Source: Hydrurus foetidus (Eukaryota). Taken from it: 49,059 nucleotides of DNA. The stretch lies in contig UYFQ01000601.1 in the NCBI GenBank assembly GCA_900617105.1, forward strand, positions 1-49,059, in the 5' to 3' direction. The notes under the pieces were generated by a model. That model saw only the letters and a list, made by a program, of their open reading frames with translations. It did not search any database and was not told the origin of the DNA. A program made the position numbers and the translations under genes. Positions 21,600 to 34,842 of the stretch are shown in pieces (position 1 is the stretch's first letter; every line of letters starts with the position of its first letter).

Positions 21600-24490
21600 A
21601 AGGAAATGTGACACTCGTTGGCGCGAGTTTGAAGAAAGGGAAGCGATAGCCAAGCTTGACCCACTTCATTGGCACAAATATACTAGGCGTATGATATCCG
21701 AGGGTTTCGAACCCGAGGAACCTGAGTTATAGTCGATCACCCCAACATATGATTTGTTGAACGGTATCACACAGACTGAACTCGCTCGTTAAAGAGAGCC
21801 ATACGGTTTATGCCCAAAGCCAAAACCTAAGAAGGCCATTTTGCACGCACCTTTAACCAAGGAAGTCGTGAGGTCAGGTTGTCATGCAACGTTCACGTGT
21901 AGCGTTACCCAGGTTGGTTCCGAGGGAGTAGCGACCCAAGGTCCATGTGGTGATGTGGGTTGTTAGCGACTGGCTAGTGTCACGACTAGACTCGCAAAAC
22001 GTACGGGTGATACCCCGCACCTAGGTGGTGACTCGATTCCCACCCTCACACATACCTCTGGGGACACTGTTACATCAGACTATGACGTGGAAGCCGTATG
22101 GCCAAGCGGTGTCGCACTCTCCGTTGACGAGATTGACGATGACAACACTGGCACTTCCACACCTTTCTTGCGTGACAAGACGTGCCGAAATGTACCGCCC
22201 AACGGGCCGGATGATTTTGTCTTAGATTCATTTTGAGGGAGATGAAAGCCTTCAAAAATGAACTCTGTACTCTCTGTTCTCATCACTCCGATATTTTCAG
22301 TGATAAGCTAGCCCTGCAAGCTGCACACCTCAAGCCGTTTGAGTTCAAACTGCCTCAGCAGAAATGGAAGGTTCCATCGAACCACGCACCAATGCGACCC
22401 CAATCCTCTAAAAAGGAACATTACCTCCACACTTCAATCGAAGAGATGTTGGAGGATGGTGTGATCGAGAGGTCGAACGCTGCATACCACAATCATCCTG
22501 TGATGGTAAATAAGACAGCCGATACGCATCGAACCTGCATCGACTATCGTGCACTCAATGAATGCATTGAGCCGGCCTCCTTTCCCCTACTCAATATCAA
22601 ACACCTCTTTGAGAGGATCGGTAATAAAAAACCGGATATTTACGGAGTCATGTATTTAACCGCGGGTTATCAGCAAGCACCTCTGTACACACCCCACCGA
22701 ATCTATACCGCATTTATATGTTTCATGGGGGTGATTCAGTTCACGAGATCGCCTTTTGGCCCTTGTCGATCCCCCTCTTACTTTCAGGAGCAGATGGTGA
22801 CAATGGTCCTTTACGGTCTCATATACAACTGTTGCGAGATGTATCTCGATGACTGTATTGTATATGGCCGGGGCGAAGCAGAGTTTCTCGAGAATCTGCG
22901 CAACGTCTTTGAGAGATTTCGACTTAAGAATCTTAGGCTCAAAGCAAAGAAATGCAGATTCGGTCTCGGGCGTATCGAATACGTGGGACGAGTCATAGAC
23001 AAAGATGGTTTATCCATGTCTAAAGAAAAGATTGAGACAGTACTCAACTTCCCACTTCCTAAAGAAGTAACATCCCTTCGTGGATTTCTTGGCTTAGCCA
23101 ACTATTTTCGTCAATTTGTACCGTTCCATTCGGACATGGTCAAACCACTTCAAATGATGGTGGACCCAAAGGCACTTAAACGTTCCCCTATATATTGGAC
23201 CCCCAAGGGGACTTTAGCATTTAATGAGACTAAAATCGCGGTATCGCGTTGTCCTTTAATGTACTTCATCAATGATGATTCACCCATCAGATTATATACT
23301 GATGCATCCGACTATGGCATCGGTGGTGTACTCTTCCAAATTGTTAACACCGTGTGGAGACCAATTGCCTTTATAAGCAAATCTCTATCGACAACACAAA
23401 TTAATTGGTCGACGATACAGAAAGAAGCTTATGCTATCTTTTTCTGTTGCCAACAACTCGATTATCTCATTCGAGACCGAAAGTTCACTATTCATACTGA
23501 CCATATGAATTTGACTTATATGAAACAAAACCCTACCTCAATGGTAACACGGTGGTTCATTGCCATGCAAGAACTTGATTTTACCGTACACTTTGTCAAA
23601 GGGATAGATAATGAACTTGCCGATGCTCTGTCACGGCTATGTCCAAACCTTACCGAAATTGCTCTGCCTAAGGCAATCAGGTCCGATGGTGACACGTCAT
23701 CATCATCTTCTTCATCGTCATCTTACACAGTTTCCGCTTTGACGGTTATTGAACCATCGACAGATGAACAGAATGTTTACATTCAAATGTGCCACAATGC
23801 AATTGTTGGTCACAACGGCGTCGACCGTACCCTCACCCGACTCTTTAGTCTTAACCACGTGTGGAAAAATATGAAACAGCACGTACGCTCGTTCATACGA
23901 AACTGCCCATGCTGTCAGAAATTGAGCGCAGTTGATACAAAAATCAGCGCTGCTCATTTTTCAACTTCAACGCATGCTATTTTCGATACATTAAATATCG
24001 ATTATATTGGCCCATTCCCTGATAAAGGGTATATTCTTGACATAATCGACACCTTCTCCAGATGGACAGAAATGTTCTGGTGTAAGGATGCTACTGCTCA
24101 GTCGGCAAGTGAATGCTTACTGAATCATTTTGATCGATTCGGATCGCCAGACATGATTAGATCCGATCGAGGATCCCACTTCGCTAATGATCTCATTAAA
24201 GAGTTCTTAGACCTTACGGGGACACCCCATAATCTCACTTTGGCTTATTCCTCACAAGAGATTGCCATTGTAGAAAGGGTCAATAAAGAAGTGAATAGAC
24301 ACTTACGCGGTCTCGTGTTTGACACATCATCTCTTAACCACTATGCTAAATGCATACCATTTGTTCAACGTATCATTAACAGTTCAGTTAATCAACGAAC
24401 GAATGCAAGTCCTGCTTCGATTTAATTCGGCAATAAACTTGATTTAAATCGGTGTATTTTGACACCTCATCTATTACCCACGTTGACATC
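21600..24490 (+). pseudogene. Gypsy pol copy 1 (RT, RNase H, integrase core; ORF 22233-24425), truncated before the GPF/chromodomain
   Basis: RTCIDYRALN, MYLDDCIV, LYTDASDYGIG, KEAYAI, HTDH, HHCC, NIDYIGP, RSDRG, VERVN. Confidence 0.92.
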
Positions 24491-24499
24491 TATTACCCA

Positions 24500-27400
24500 A
24501 GGAAAAGGGATATTTGTTGGCGCGAGTTTGAAGTAAGGGAAGCGATAACAAAGCTTGACCCACTTCACTGGAGCAAATACACCAGGCGTATGATATCGGA
24601 GGGATTCCAACCCGAAGAACCAGAGGTAAAGTCGATTACCCCAACATATGACTTGTTGAAGGGAATCACACAGACTAAACTCTCTCTGAAAAGAGACGCA
24701 AACGGTTTTTGCCTTAAGCCAAACTCAAAACCAAAGAAGGCCATTTTGCACGCACCTTTAACCAAGGAAGTCGTGAAGTCAGGTTGTCATGCAACGTTCA
24801 CGTGTAGCGTTACCCAGGTTGGTTCCGAGGGAGTAGCGACCCAAGGTCCATGTGGTGATGTGGGTTGTTAGCGACTGGCTAGTGTCACGACTAGACTCGC
24901 AAAACGTACGGGTGATACCCCGCACCTAGGTGGTGACTCGATTCCCACCCTCACACATACCTCTGGGGACACTGTTACATCAGACTATGACGTGGAAGCC
25001 GTATGGCCAAGCGGTGTCGCACTCTCCGTTGACGAGATTGACAATGACAAGACTGACACTTTCGCACCTTTCTTGCGTGACAAGACGTGCCGAAATGTAC
25101 CGCCCAACGGGCCGGATGATTTTTTGTCTTAGATCCATTTTGAGGGAGATGAAAGCCTTCAGAAGGATTTGCGTACTCTCTGTTCAGATTTCGCTGATAT
25201 TTTCAGTGATAAGCTAGCCCCGCAAGCTGCACATCTCAAGCCTTTTGAGATCAATTTGCCTAGGCAGAAATGGGAGGTTCCATCGAACCACGCACCAGTG
25301 CGACCCCAATCCTCTAAAAAGGAACATTACCTCCACACTTCAATCGAAGAGATGTTGGAGGATGGTGTGATCGAGAGGTCGAACGCTGCATACTACAGTC
25401 ATCCTGTGATGGTAAATAAGACAGCCGATACGTATCGAACCTGCATCGACTATCGTGCACTCAATGAATGCATTGAGCCGGCCTCCTCTCCCCTACCCAA
25501 TATCAAACACCTCTTTGAGAGGATCGGTAATAAAAAACCGGATATTTACGGAGTCATGTATTTAACCGCGGGTTACCACTAAGCACCTCTGTACACACCC
25601 CACCGAATCTATACCGCATTTATATGTTTCATGGGGGTGATTCAGTTCACGAGATCGCCTTTTGGCCCTTGTCGATCCCCCTCTTACTTTCAGGAGCAGA
25701 TGGTGACAATGGTCCTTTACGGTCTCATATACAACTGTTGCGAGATGTATCTCGATGACTGTATCGTATATGGCCGGGGCGAAGCAGAGTTTCTCGAGAA
25801 TCTGCGCAGCGTTTTTGAAAGATTTCGACTTAAGAATCTTAGGCTCAAAGCAAAGAAATGCAGATTCGGTCTCAAACGTATAGAATACGTGGGACGAGTC
25901 ATAGATAAAGATGGTCTATCCATGTCTAAAGAAAAGATTGAAACAGTACTCAACTTCCCACTTCCTAAAGAAGTAACATCCCTTCGTGGATTTCTTGGCT
26001 TAGCCAACTATTTTCGTCAATTTGTACCGTTTCATTCGGACATGGTCAAACCACTTCAAATGATGGTGGACCCAAAGGCACTTAAACATTCCCCTATATA
26101 TTGGACCCCCGAGGGGACTTTAGCATTTAATGAGACTAAAATCGCGGTATCGCGTTGTCCTTTAATGTACTTCATCAATGATGATTCACCCATCAGATTA
26201 TATACTGATGCATCCGACTATGGCATCGGTGGTGTACTCTTCCAAATTGTCGACACCGTGTGGAGACCAATTGCCTTCATCAGCAAATCTCTCTCGGCAA
26301 CACAAATTAATTGGTCGACAATACAGAAAGAAGCTTATGCTATCTTTTTCTGTTGCCAACAACTCGATTATCTCATTCGAGACCGAAAGTTCACTATTCA
26401 TACTGACCATATGAATTTGACTTATATGAAACAAAACCCTACCTCAATGGTAACACGGTGGTTCATTGCAATGCAAGAACTTGATTTTACCGTACACTTT
26501 GTCAAAGGGACAGATAATGAACTTGCCGATGCTCTGTCACGGTTATGTCCAAACCTTACCGAAATTGCTCTGCCTAAGACAATCAGGTCCGAGGGTGATA
26601 CTTCATCATCATCTTCTTCATCGTCATCTTCCGCAGTTTCGGCTTTAACGGTTATTGAACCGCCGACAGATGAACAGAATGTTTACATTCAAATGTGCCA
26701 CAATGCAATTGTTGGTCACAACGGCGTCGACCGTACCCTCACTCGACTCTTTAGTCTTAACCACGTGTGGAAAAATATGAAACAGCACGTACGCTCGTTC
26801 ATACGAAACTGCCCATGCTGTCAGAAATTGAGCGCAGTTGATACAAAAATCAGCGCTGCTCATTTTTCAACTTCAACGCATGCTATTTTCGATACATTAA
26901 ATATCGATTATATTGGCCCATTCCCTGATAAAGGGTATATTCTTGTCATAATCGACACCTTCTCCAGATGGACAGAAATGTTCTGGTGTAAGGATGCTAC
27001 TGCTCAGTCTGCAAGTGAATGCTTACTGACTCATTTTGGTCGATTCGGATCGCCAAATATGATTAGATCCGATCGAGGATCCCACTTCGCTAATGATCTC
27101 ATTAAAGAGTTCTTAGACCTTACGGGGACACCCCATAATCTCACTTTGGCTTATTCCTCACAAGAGAATGCCATTGTAGAAAGGGTCAACAAAGAAGTGA
27201 ATAGACACTTACGCGGTCTCGTGTTTGATACACCATCTCTTGAACACTATGCTAAATGCATACCATTTGTTCAACGTATCATTAACAGTTCAGTTAATCG
27301 ACGAACAAATGCAAGTCCTGCTTCGCAATAAACTTGATTTGAATCGGGGTATTTTGACACCTCATCTATTACCCACGTTGACATCTTCGAATTCAACATA

Positions 27401-27950
27401 CATCACAGATCTCATCGACATACAGGACAAGGTCCTCGATGCAGCAATCGGTTCTCTTCAGAAATGTGATGACAAACACAAAAAGTCCACACAAGGTGTG
27501 ACAGTGTTCCCCATAGGGTCATATGTTCTTGTAAAACAGGAACACCCTCCAACTCGATTACACACAAAGTGGAAAGGTCCTTTCCGTGTTGTCTCCCTTG
27601 AGGGATCCGAGTATGTTCTCGCGAACTTAATTACACACAAGCACAATAGTGTACATGTGAAGAATCTTAAGATTTTCAATTATGACCCATCGCTGGGCAT
27701 ACCTGCTGATACAGCACGTCGCGATTACATGGAGTATTTCGTTGAGAAAGTTCTTAGTCACACTGGTGATTCAAAGAAACCGACATCCATGTCGTTCCAT
27801 GTTAAATGGCTCAACTATGATAACTCACATAATACATGGGAGCCTTGGAAGAATCTCCGGCTCTGTGATGCACTCCATGTATACTTGCGGAATAATAACA
27901 TGTCACGTTTTATTCCCAAGAATCTTGAGGGATCAACCGATGAGGTTTGA
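24500..27950 (+). pseudogene. Gypsy pol copy 2 (RT, RNase H, integrase, GPF motif, chromodomain) with a stop at about 25580 and a frameshift at about 27325
   Basis: ORFs 25169-25582, 25631-27331 and 27225-27950. KWKGPF and chromodomain YFVEKVLSH..FHVKWLNY..NTWEPWKNL. Confidence 0.93.
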
Positions 27951-28321
27951 GTTCGAACGTATTATCTTTTGAAGATTTTTTAGCCTAATTTTTTGCCCTT
28001 CTCTAAGGGATTTTTATGGTTTTTTAGTCAGTAAAAATCTGACATAATTACGTTTTCGACCCTCGTACAACAGTACTCTACTGTTCTTGTACAACCCCAC
28101 CTTATCTTCCGACATCAAACCCCTCTTCTCTGCAATTTTTCTTTTGTAAATATTTTTTATGTTCACTTTTATTATTATTTTTCATATTTTCAATTTTGTA
28201 AATTTTTGTATATTTTCTTTTTCATTTAAAGTTGCATATTAAGTTTTGCAAAGAAACGGGGGTTTCGATTTAGTTCAGATTTAGCTTAGATTTTTTTAGA
28301 AAGAAAGATAAGTGGGGGTAA

Positions 28322-28530
28322 TGTGATAGTACCGGGTCCAGGGTCCCGATCCTACCGGGTACCGACTCTACCGGATCCTACCGGGTACTACTACTGTACA
28401 CTACAGTGAGGCTGTCGTATCGTCGTAGCCATCTGCAGCGTCCACTTAGAAGTTAACTAGCTTCTAGCCTAGCGACTCTGTAACTAAGCCTACCACTCCT
28501 CGACCCCTTTCTCCATCTCTCCCGACCACA
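28322..28530 (+). repeat. Gypsy 3' LTR
   Basis: Preceded by a polypurine tract. TGT...ACA ends. Interrupts the Copia A RT. Confidence 0.92.
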
Positions 28531-31500
28531 ACATATCGAAGTAGGTGTTTAAGGAACTTGATGTGTCTTGCACCTGGACTGTTACTATATCTGGATAGTA
28601 TATTGAGAGCGTACATGATTGTAATCAATGTGTGTACCATACCGTACATAAGCTGACCAACTACCCGTCGGTAGGGATACTTATTATACATGTGCCTATC
28701 GAGATCGGTAGAGTTGTCCGCCTTGGACAGACTCTCACCAGAAGGTGGATATGGTAGATGCTCATCGGCGGCGCCAGCAAGGTTGGCCTCCGATACAATG
28801 GATGTGATCATGCGTGACTGATCCATGTAGTAGTTGAAGTGTTCATCGCATGTAATGCGGATGCCGACGAACTCTTTGGAGGTCGCGTCGGTGACTTCAT
28901 ACTTGTGGGAGTTGAATGTAGCGATGAGGAGATCCCATTCGCTAATGAGTGCAAGTGGTCCGAACCACCTGAAGTCGTCTGAGTGTGCTATCAGTATCAG
29001 TGGTTGACCTTGGACCCACTTAAAGAAGAACTTTAAGTCCCACGGTGTGTTTTCGTATCCACATTCGCGTACACATTTGTCGAATTCCTTTGAGAAATTC
29101 TGGCCTGCTGGTGGAAAACCGTAGAGGTTGCCAATGGCTTGAAAGCATGTGCCAAAAGGTGTGGTGTAACCTTGAGGTGTCTTGATGTGAACGGGAAAGT
29201 CGGGGTTAGCGAGTGTGATTAAGTAGGCGCCTACTAAATCTCCTCCCCGCATGGATAATTTGTAGGTAGCGGCTATGACGAGTGCAATCTTGATCGAAGA
29301 CGCATTGACATTTCCACAGTACACTGCGTAAGGGTCGAAGTCGACCCATGGTATCATGAGATGACCACGACCTACGAGGCGGGCCTTCTTGGTGCCGTCA
29401 GTCTTGATACTGAAGAGCCACATCATTGGTACGAGGTGCTGGCCGGTGAAGGGGACAGACCTGAAGCAGTTGTTGACTTCAAACTTAGTTCGCTCAGTGT
29501 TGATGGCCTGTTCCCACTCTGGGTACTGCATTGCGGTCCAGAAGTCTTTGGGGATGTAGGGATCCTTGATTTGGACTGCTATGTTGTAGTGCAGGACACG
29601 GAAGAGGTGAACAGGGAAGCATGTGGAAGAACTGGTGTAGGTGGACCAGTATATCATGTCATCGTTGACTGAGTGCTCTGTCTCAGGGACAGGGGTTATA
29701 TAGTCGGGGTCGATAAGGGGTGCAGGTGAGGGGAGGCCGGGTAGGTCGACTCGCTCAGGCACCACAATAGGGTCATTATTATTATCAGTATAGTAGAGGG
29801 ACGGGATGAGGGCGAAGGCCTCGTCGGTAGGGAAGTGTGCATCTGAGTCATGCTTGAAGTTGTTGTGCATGTCGAAGATGACATCCTTACTGACTCGAAC
29901 AGTACCGTAGGTGTTCTTGGGTAGTATTTCTAATACTAAATATTGTGGTATTAGTATAGATGTAAAACTATAACCAACGAACCGAGGTGACCCAACTTTA
30001 CTGTTCTGATCTTTGGGTGCGTGCTTGACATAGTAGAGTGCCCAGAATGGTCGAAGCATCCTGATGTCCACGTGTTGCCCAGAAGTGAATTGATACGGAG
30101 AAGTACCAATACGCTTGTTAAGGTTAAAGGAATGAGTAACACATGCATAGGACATTGCAAGGTCCCAGAACTTCATTGGCACATGCGGAACAGGGGTTAT
30201 CATGGCAACGTTGGTCTTGAGAGCTACAATGCCGACTGCTCGCTCAGCGATGCCGTTGGCATGTTTGTCACGAGGTGCAGTGTGCTCAAGTCGGTATCGG
30301 TATCGGGCGCAAAGCGCAGTAAACTCTTCAGATCGGTAGTTGGCCTCTGGGTCATGCCGGATGAAGCGATCAACCCCAGGGTATTGTGGTTCCATTGGGG
30401 GGTTAGGTCGAAGAAGGCTGCAATGCGTGCACAGAGTTCAGAGGCGGACCGGTCTTTTGTATATACAGGATAGTATTGTCCCGATGCGAGGTCGGTGAGG
30501 ATGTGAGTGTAACGGTAGTTACGGAATGATGGAGTCGAGTGGGTATAGGCATCCAACGAGGGTAGTTGTGTCACTGTGGATGCGACGATAGTCTGTGGAT
30601 GCTTGACGCATGGCGCCATGGGCGCATCCAGGACAGACCGGACAGGAGGTGTGTGCATCTTTGGTGGTGAAGCGAGCATTGAGGGAATGATCGCGGTGCC
30701 ATGCCATGCCTGGAAGACCGGGGTGGCCTGTGGCTTGATGCACGTGGTCGTACAGTGAAGCGGGAGTATAGTGTGTGACCAAAAGACTCTCCCGAGTGGT
30801 TGGTCAGTAGGGAGTCTCCACGTAGAGGCCGTCTTGGACGGTTCCACGGGTGACCTCCTTTCCATGCTGAGCTACCAGTGCAATGTAGGGAAGGGCTGAT
30901 GCAGTCTCATAGAAGCGGAAGTCTTTATGAGTGAAGATGCCGATGAAGTGGTCGTTGGTGACACCGCCAGCGCAGAACTGGGAGACAGAGACAAGGGTGC
31001 TGTCGCCGAGTGCAGGGAGGAGGAGGGTGCTAAGCTCCAACGGTCCGAGGCTGCCTTGGTGTGTTGGTGTCATGGACGGACCGAATGCAGGGGTGACTGT
31101 GACGGATGTGCTGACAGGTTCAATGCTGGTAAGACGTTGGGAGCGGCCGGTGCCAGAGCGTGAAGCACCAGAGTCGAAGATGACCTTGTCGGGGGCGTGG
31201 AACGAGTTGAGTCTCTCATGTTGAGACTTGACGATGAATGTGTAGAGCTTGGAGTCGAAAGTACCGCCGGATGGTGCAGGAGGGCGAGCTGATGCAAGCG
31301 GAGGGCGAGTACTGTTGAAGGCATGGCGGACATTTGTCGAGCGTTGAGATCTGACTGGTGGAGTCATTCGGTGGCGCTGGGCACGAGGCATAGTGGTTGC
31401 GAGTCGGATGCAAGTGGTTGCGCGGCTTGCCAACGTCTGAGTGATCCGGTAAGAGGGTCAGAAGGTGTCGATGGAACAGGTGGTAACGGAGTATTAAACT

Positions 31501-31736
31501 CCGGAAGCGTAGTGGGAATCGATGTTGACGGTGAGGCGGAAGAGGATGCTGACGAGGACGAGGAGGTGTCTTCACGCTTAGTGCCACCTTGAGCCTGGTC
31601 GTTCTGGAATGCGATGCCGCGCTTCCTGGCGTTGTACCGCTGAAGTTCCATAGATGCGTCCGGTGGTACCCATGGGGATGCGTCGGATGGAGGGACCATG
31701 AGACGTGTGACGGCTCCATGTAGGTAGTTAACATAA
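28531..31736 (-). pseudogene. Copia A pol (PR-IN-RT), frameshifted
   Basis: ORFs 30804-31433, 30519-30782, 30224-30865 and 28464-30395 carry successive Copia motifs. Confidence 0.9.
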
Positions 31737-34700
31737 GGGACCCAAATAACGGACAGCTAAAATCTAGAAAATGCGACTATCTCTATGGAATGTAACTATT
31801 TTCTGGAGTTTATCACTTTTTTGGTTTTTGGCGGCACTACTTTTTTTACGCCACTATAATATAAGAAACTCAACTATAAAAAACAAATTTCAACTTGAAG
31901 AAGGAATAAAAAACTTTTTTAAGCAACACAGCTATTTCTGACAGCCACCAACTTTTTCTGCCAGAGATCACCCAATATCAGATAATTCTGCAGTTTGATT
32001 TTGAATTCATCGCGCACTACTCGTGCATCACTAACGTGCAGAGTGCAGGCGGCAAGACTTCAATTTAATTCACGATGGATCCAGGAATTGATGTGGATGT
32101 GGTAGCGGTTAACGCAGCAGCTGAGGCTGGCCGCGGCGGAGGTCTTGATTGGACAGCTAGCTTAACATTTGACACTGGTAAGTCTTGACCATCGACTGGT
32201 ATCGAGGTTGTTCTCCTCTGAAAAAACAATTTCTCATTCAGTACACCGTGACAGTCGAACAGGTTAAAGAGTACTTAAAAGAGATGAGGCTCTCCAAATT
32301 TCGCACAAACCACAACTTTGGGGTTCGAGTTACTTACTTGCGATGTTCTGTAGCAGGATGTCCATATCGTTGTCGGCTTAAAGAGAACATCGACTACGGA
32401 GGCGATATACCCCATTTCGAATTTGAAGTACTTACTGCCAGCGAGCACAATCATCAGGTGGAAATTGTTCGCGAGAGGGGACTCACTCTGCAACAGAAAA
32501 CTATCATTGACCTAAGTCTTGAGAGAAATCAGTCGGAACCGAAGAAGGTACTCAATTTCATGTTAATCACTCCGAATGAAGCTCAAGAGTAAATAGATTC
32601 ATAACCAACTAATCTTATTTATCTTAACTCAGGTCGTCAGAGAGTTTAATAGACTACGACAGCTAGCAATACTGGCGAATGAAGACCCAGTTCCAACGCC
32701 AAACAAAGCTATGATATCTAGCTACACATCATATAAAAAACTGCAGCAGCGGGGAGGCGTGCCCGTCGGCGAGCAAAGCCTCCAACACATCCTTGACTTC
32801 GCCGCGGCAGTCGAGCTGAAGCCCACGAGCGGAGACCATGAAGCCTGCTGCATACAGTGTGTAGTTAATGGTCAGAAGATCGAAGCCTTTTTTGCGATAG
32901 TCCTATCTACGAGGAGACTACTCAGCGGATTGGACAGCTCAAGGCCGATTGAAACTGATGAAACATTCAAAGTCATTCATGAAGGATACGCGTTGACTCT
33001 CATTGGGCAAAGCGATATGAACAGAGTCTGGCATGTGAGGTAAACTGACACTGATTTTCTATCAGATGAGATCTATCTGTCTAATCATTTACCCAATGCA
33101 ATCGATGTGTCGACAAATTCGACACAGGAAGTCGGCGAAATTTACCTTCGAGCAATCCGGGAGCACGCCCCTGACTTTCATCCCACGGCCTACCTCGGGG
33201 ACGCAGCTGAGGCATTTGCCAATGCCGCCAGCACTGTCTTCGACTCAATTACATCAAGATTGATGTGCTTCGCCCATGTCTACAAGGTACGCAGTCGATG
33301 TGTGAAGCAATCCTCGAACTTCGAACATCCATCCGATTTTTCAAAACATTTTTCATTTTTCGTTTTTGTTATAATTTTCATGTCATGAACTTCTTTAGGC
33401 AACGGAAAAACATGCAAAGAGAATTGTAGATATGCAAATAAAAGCCAACTTTATGCAAGATATAAATGCAATTTCTTATGCATGGACACCTGAGGTAGCC
33501 GTTATGTTGAAAGCTCTATTTTTTAAAAAGTGGGAAGAGCATCCTAACCCCATTGTACTTAGCGTTACGGAGCATTTCAAAACTGAATGGTGCAATGAGC
33601 GACTTGGGAACTGGACCTCAGGACATGCGCATAACTGTGTCGTCAATACCAATGGCTTAGAAGGCACAAATAAGGTCATAAAAGATGAATTGACATACAG
33701 ACAGCTTCTTCCGATCATGGATTTCCTGCAAAAAGGATTAGTGTGGGTTCGTGAGCAGTCAGAAAACAGATCAGATGGGCCTGATGGGGTTCCTAATCCA
33801 AACAAGTTGACTTTTGCAAACAGTCACACCTTCACTACTAACGATTGGACTTCGGCTAATTCATGGAAAAATAATACTTCGAAGCAGATTCGGTTTTTGC
33901 CGCTTTTGAATGTATACGTCGCAGTTGATGCGGGTGCCAGAGGTCATCTAACGGATGTCAAAGCTACTGCCTACGCCACAACTTTTGCGGAGTGCGCATG
34001 GGATACATTTGATGAGTATACATCTATGTTTTTTAATGTATGCATATTACACCATGATGAAACACGTCCTGAAATGTATGACTGTACTTGCAGTGCAAAT
34101 GCGAAAAAATTTACATGCGTGCACTCATTGGGAGTAGCGATGATGAGAGGAACTCTAATTCCACCGCAAGCAGCGCAAGTCCAGCTACTAGGACGGAAAA
34201 GAAAAAGAGGTCGGAAGCCACTTGCTGCTCCTGCATGGGAGCGGATGGCATTTGCGTTGGACACCCCACCACAGCACCCACAGCAGGAAGCTGCTATCCT
34301 CCTTGGACCTCATGCTGTGATACAGCTCGATGGAGTGGGTGCCGATCTCGCTGCTGAATTTGTCTAAAGTCTATAACTAACTTTATTAGGATAGTATCTT
34401 AAAGTAGCTTTAATTCAATGAGAAGAGATCTCACTGGAGTAAATTAATCGACTTAAAAATTGCTTATGACAAAGTCACTTTAGAACAGAATGACAAAGCT
34501 GAGAGTGATTGACAGGGTGGCCAATACAGAATACAGCTTCTCAATAAAATAGCTGTCCCTAACAGAAAATAGTGCCCTTTCCATAGAAAAAGTTATGTTA
34601 TAACAGAAATAGCTGTCTTTAACAGTAATAGCTGTCTTTGACAGTAATAGCTGTCTTTAACAGATATGGCTGTTTTTAACAGAAATAGCTGTTCTTATCA

Positions 34701-34842
34701 GAAATAGTTGTAGTTGTTAATAAAAGTTGTTTTTCACAGAATAAGTTACAGTTTGGTTAATAGTGGCGATTCCAGATTTAAAGTTGCGATTCCATAGAAT
34801 AGTTATATTTTCCAGATTTTAGTTGCACGTTATATTTAAGCC
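31737..34842 (+). mobile_element. Mutator/MULE DNA transposon, 3.1 kb
   Basis: 10-bp TSD GTTAACATAA (31727-31736 and 34843-34852), imperfect TIRs of about 60 bp starting GG, and subterminal ACAG(A/T)AATAGCTGT repeats at about 34545-34710. Confidence 0.93.
32075..34367 (+). CDS. Multi-exon MULE transposase with SWIM finger (predicted introns 32178-32254, 32548-32632, from about 33040 with an unclear acceptor, and about 33287-33398)
   Basis: IETDETFKV, YLGDAAEA, CFAH, TNGLEGTN and CTC..FTCVH. Introns 1 and 2 splice in frame. The third acceptor is unresolved, so the gene may be defective. Confidence 0.82.

Larger units (their letters stand above)
19198..28530 (+). mobile_element. Rearranged, chimeric Ty3/Gypsy chromovirus with tandemly duplicated pol and no recognisable gag
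   Basis: Two LTRs, a PPT (AAGAAAGATAAGTGGGGG) before the right LTR, RT-RH-IN-chromo order. Flanks TACCC and ACATA do not form a TSD. Confidence 0.8.
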
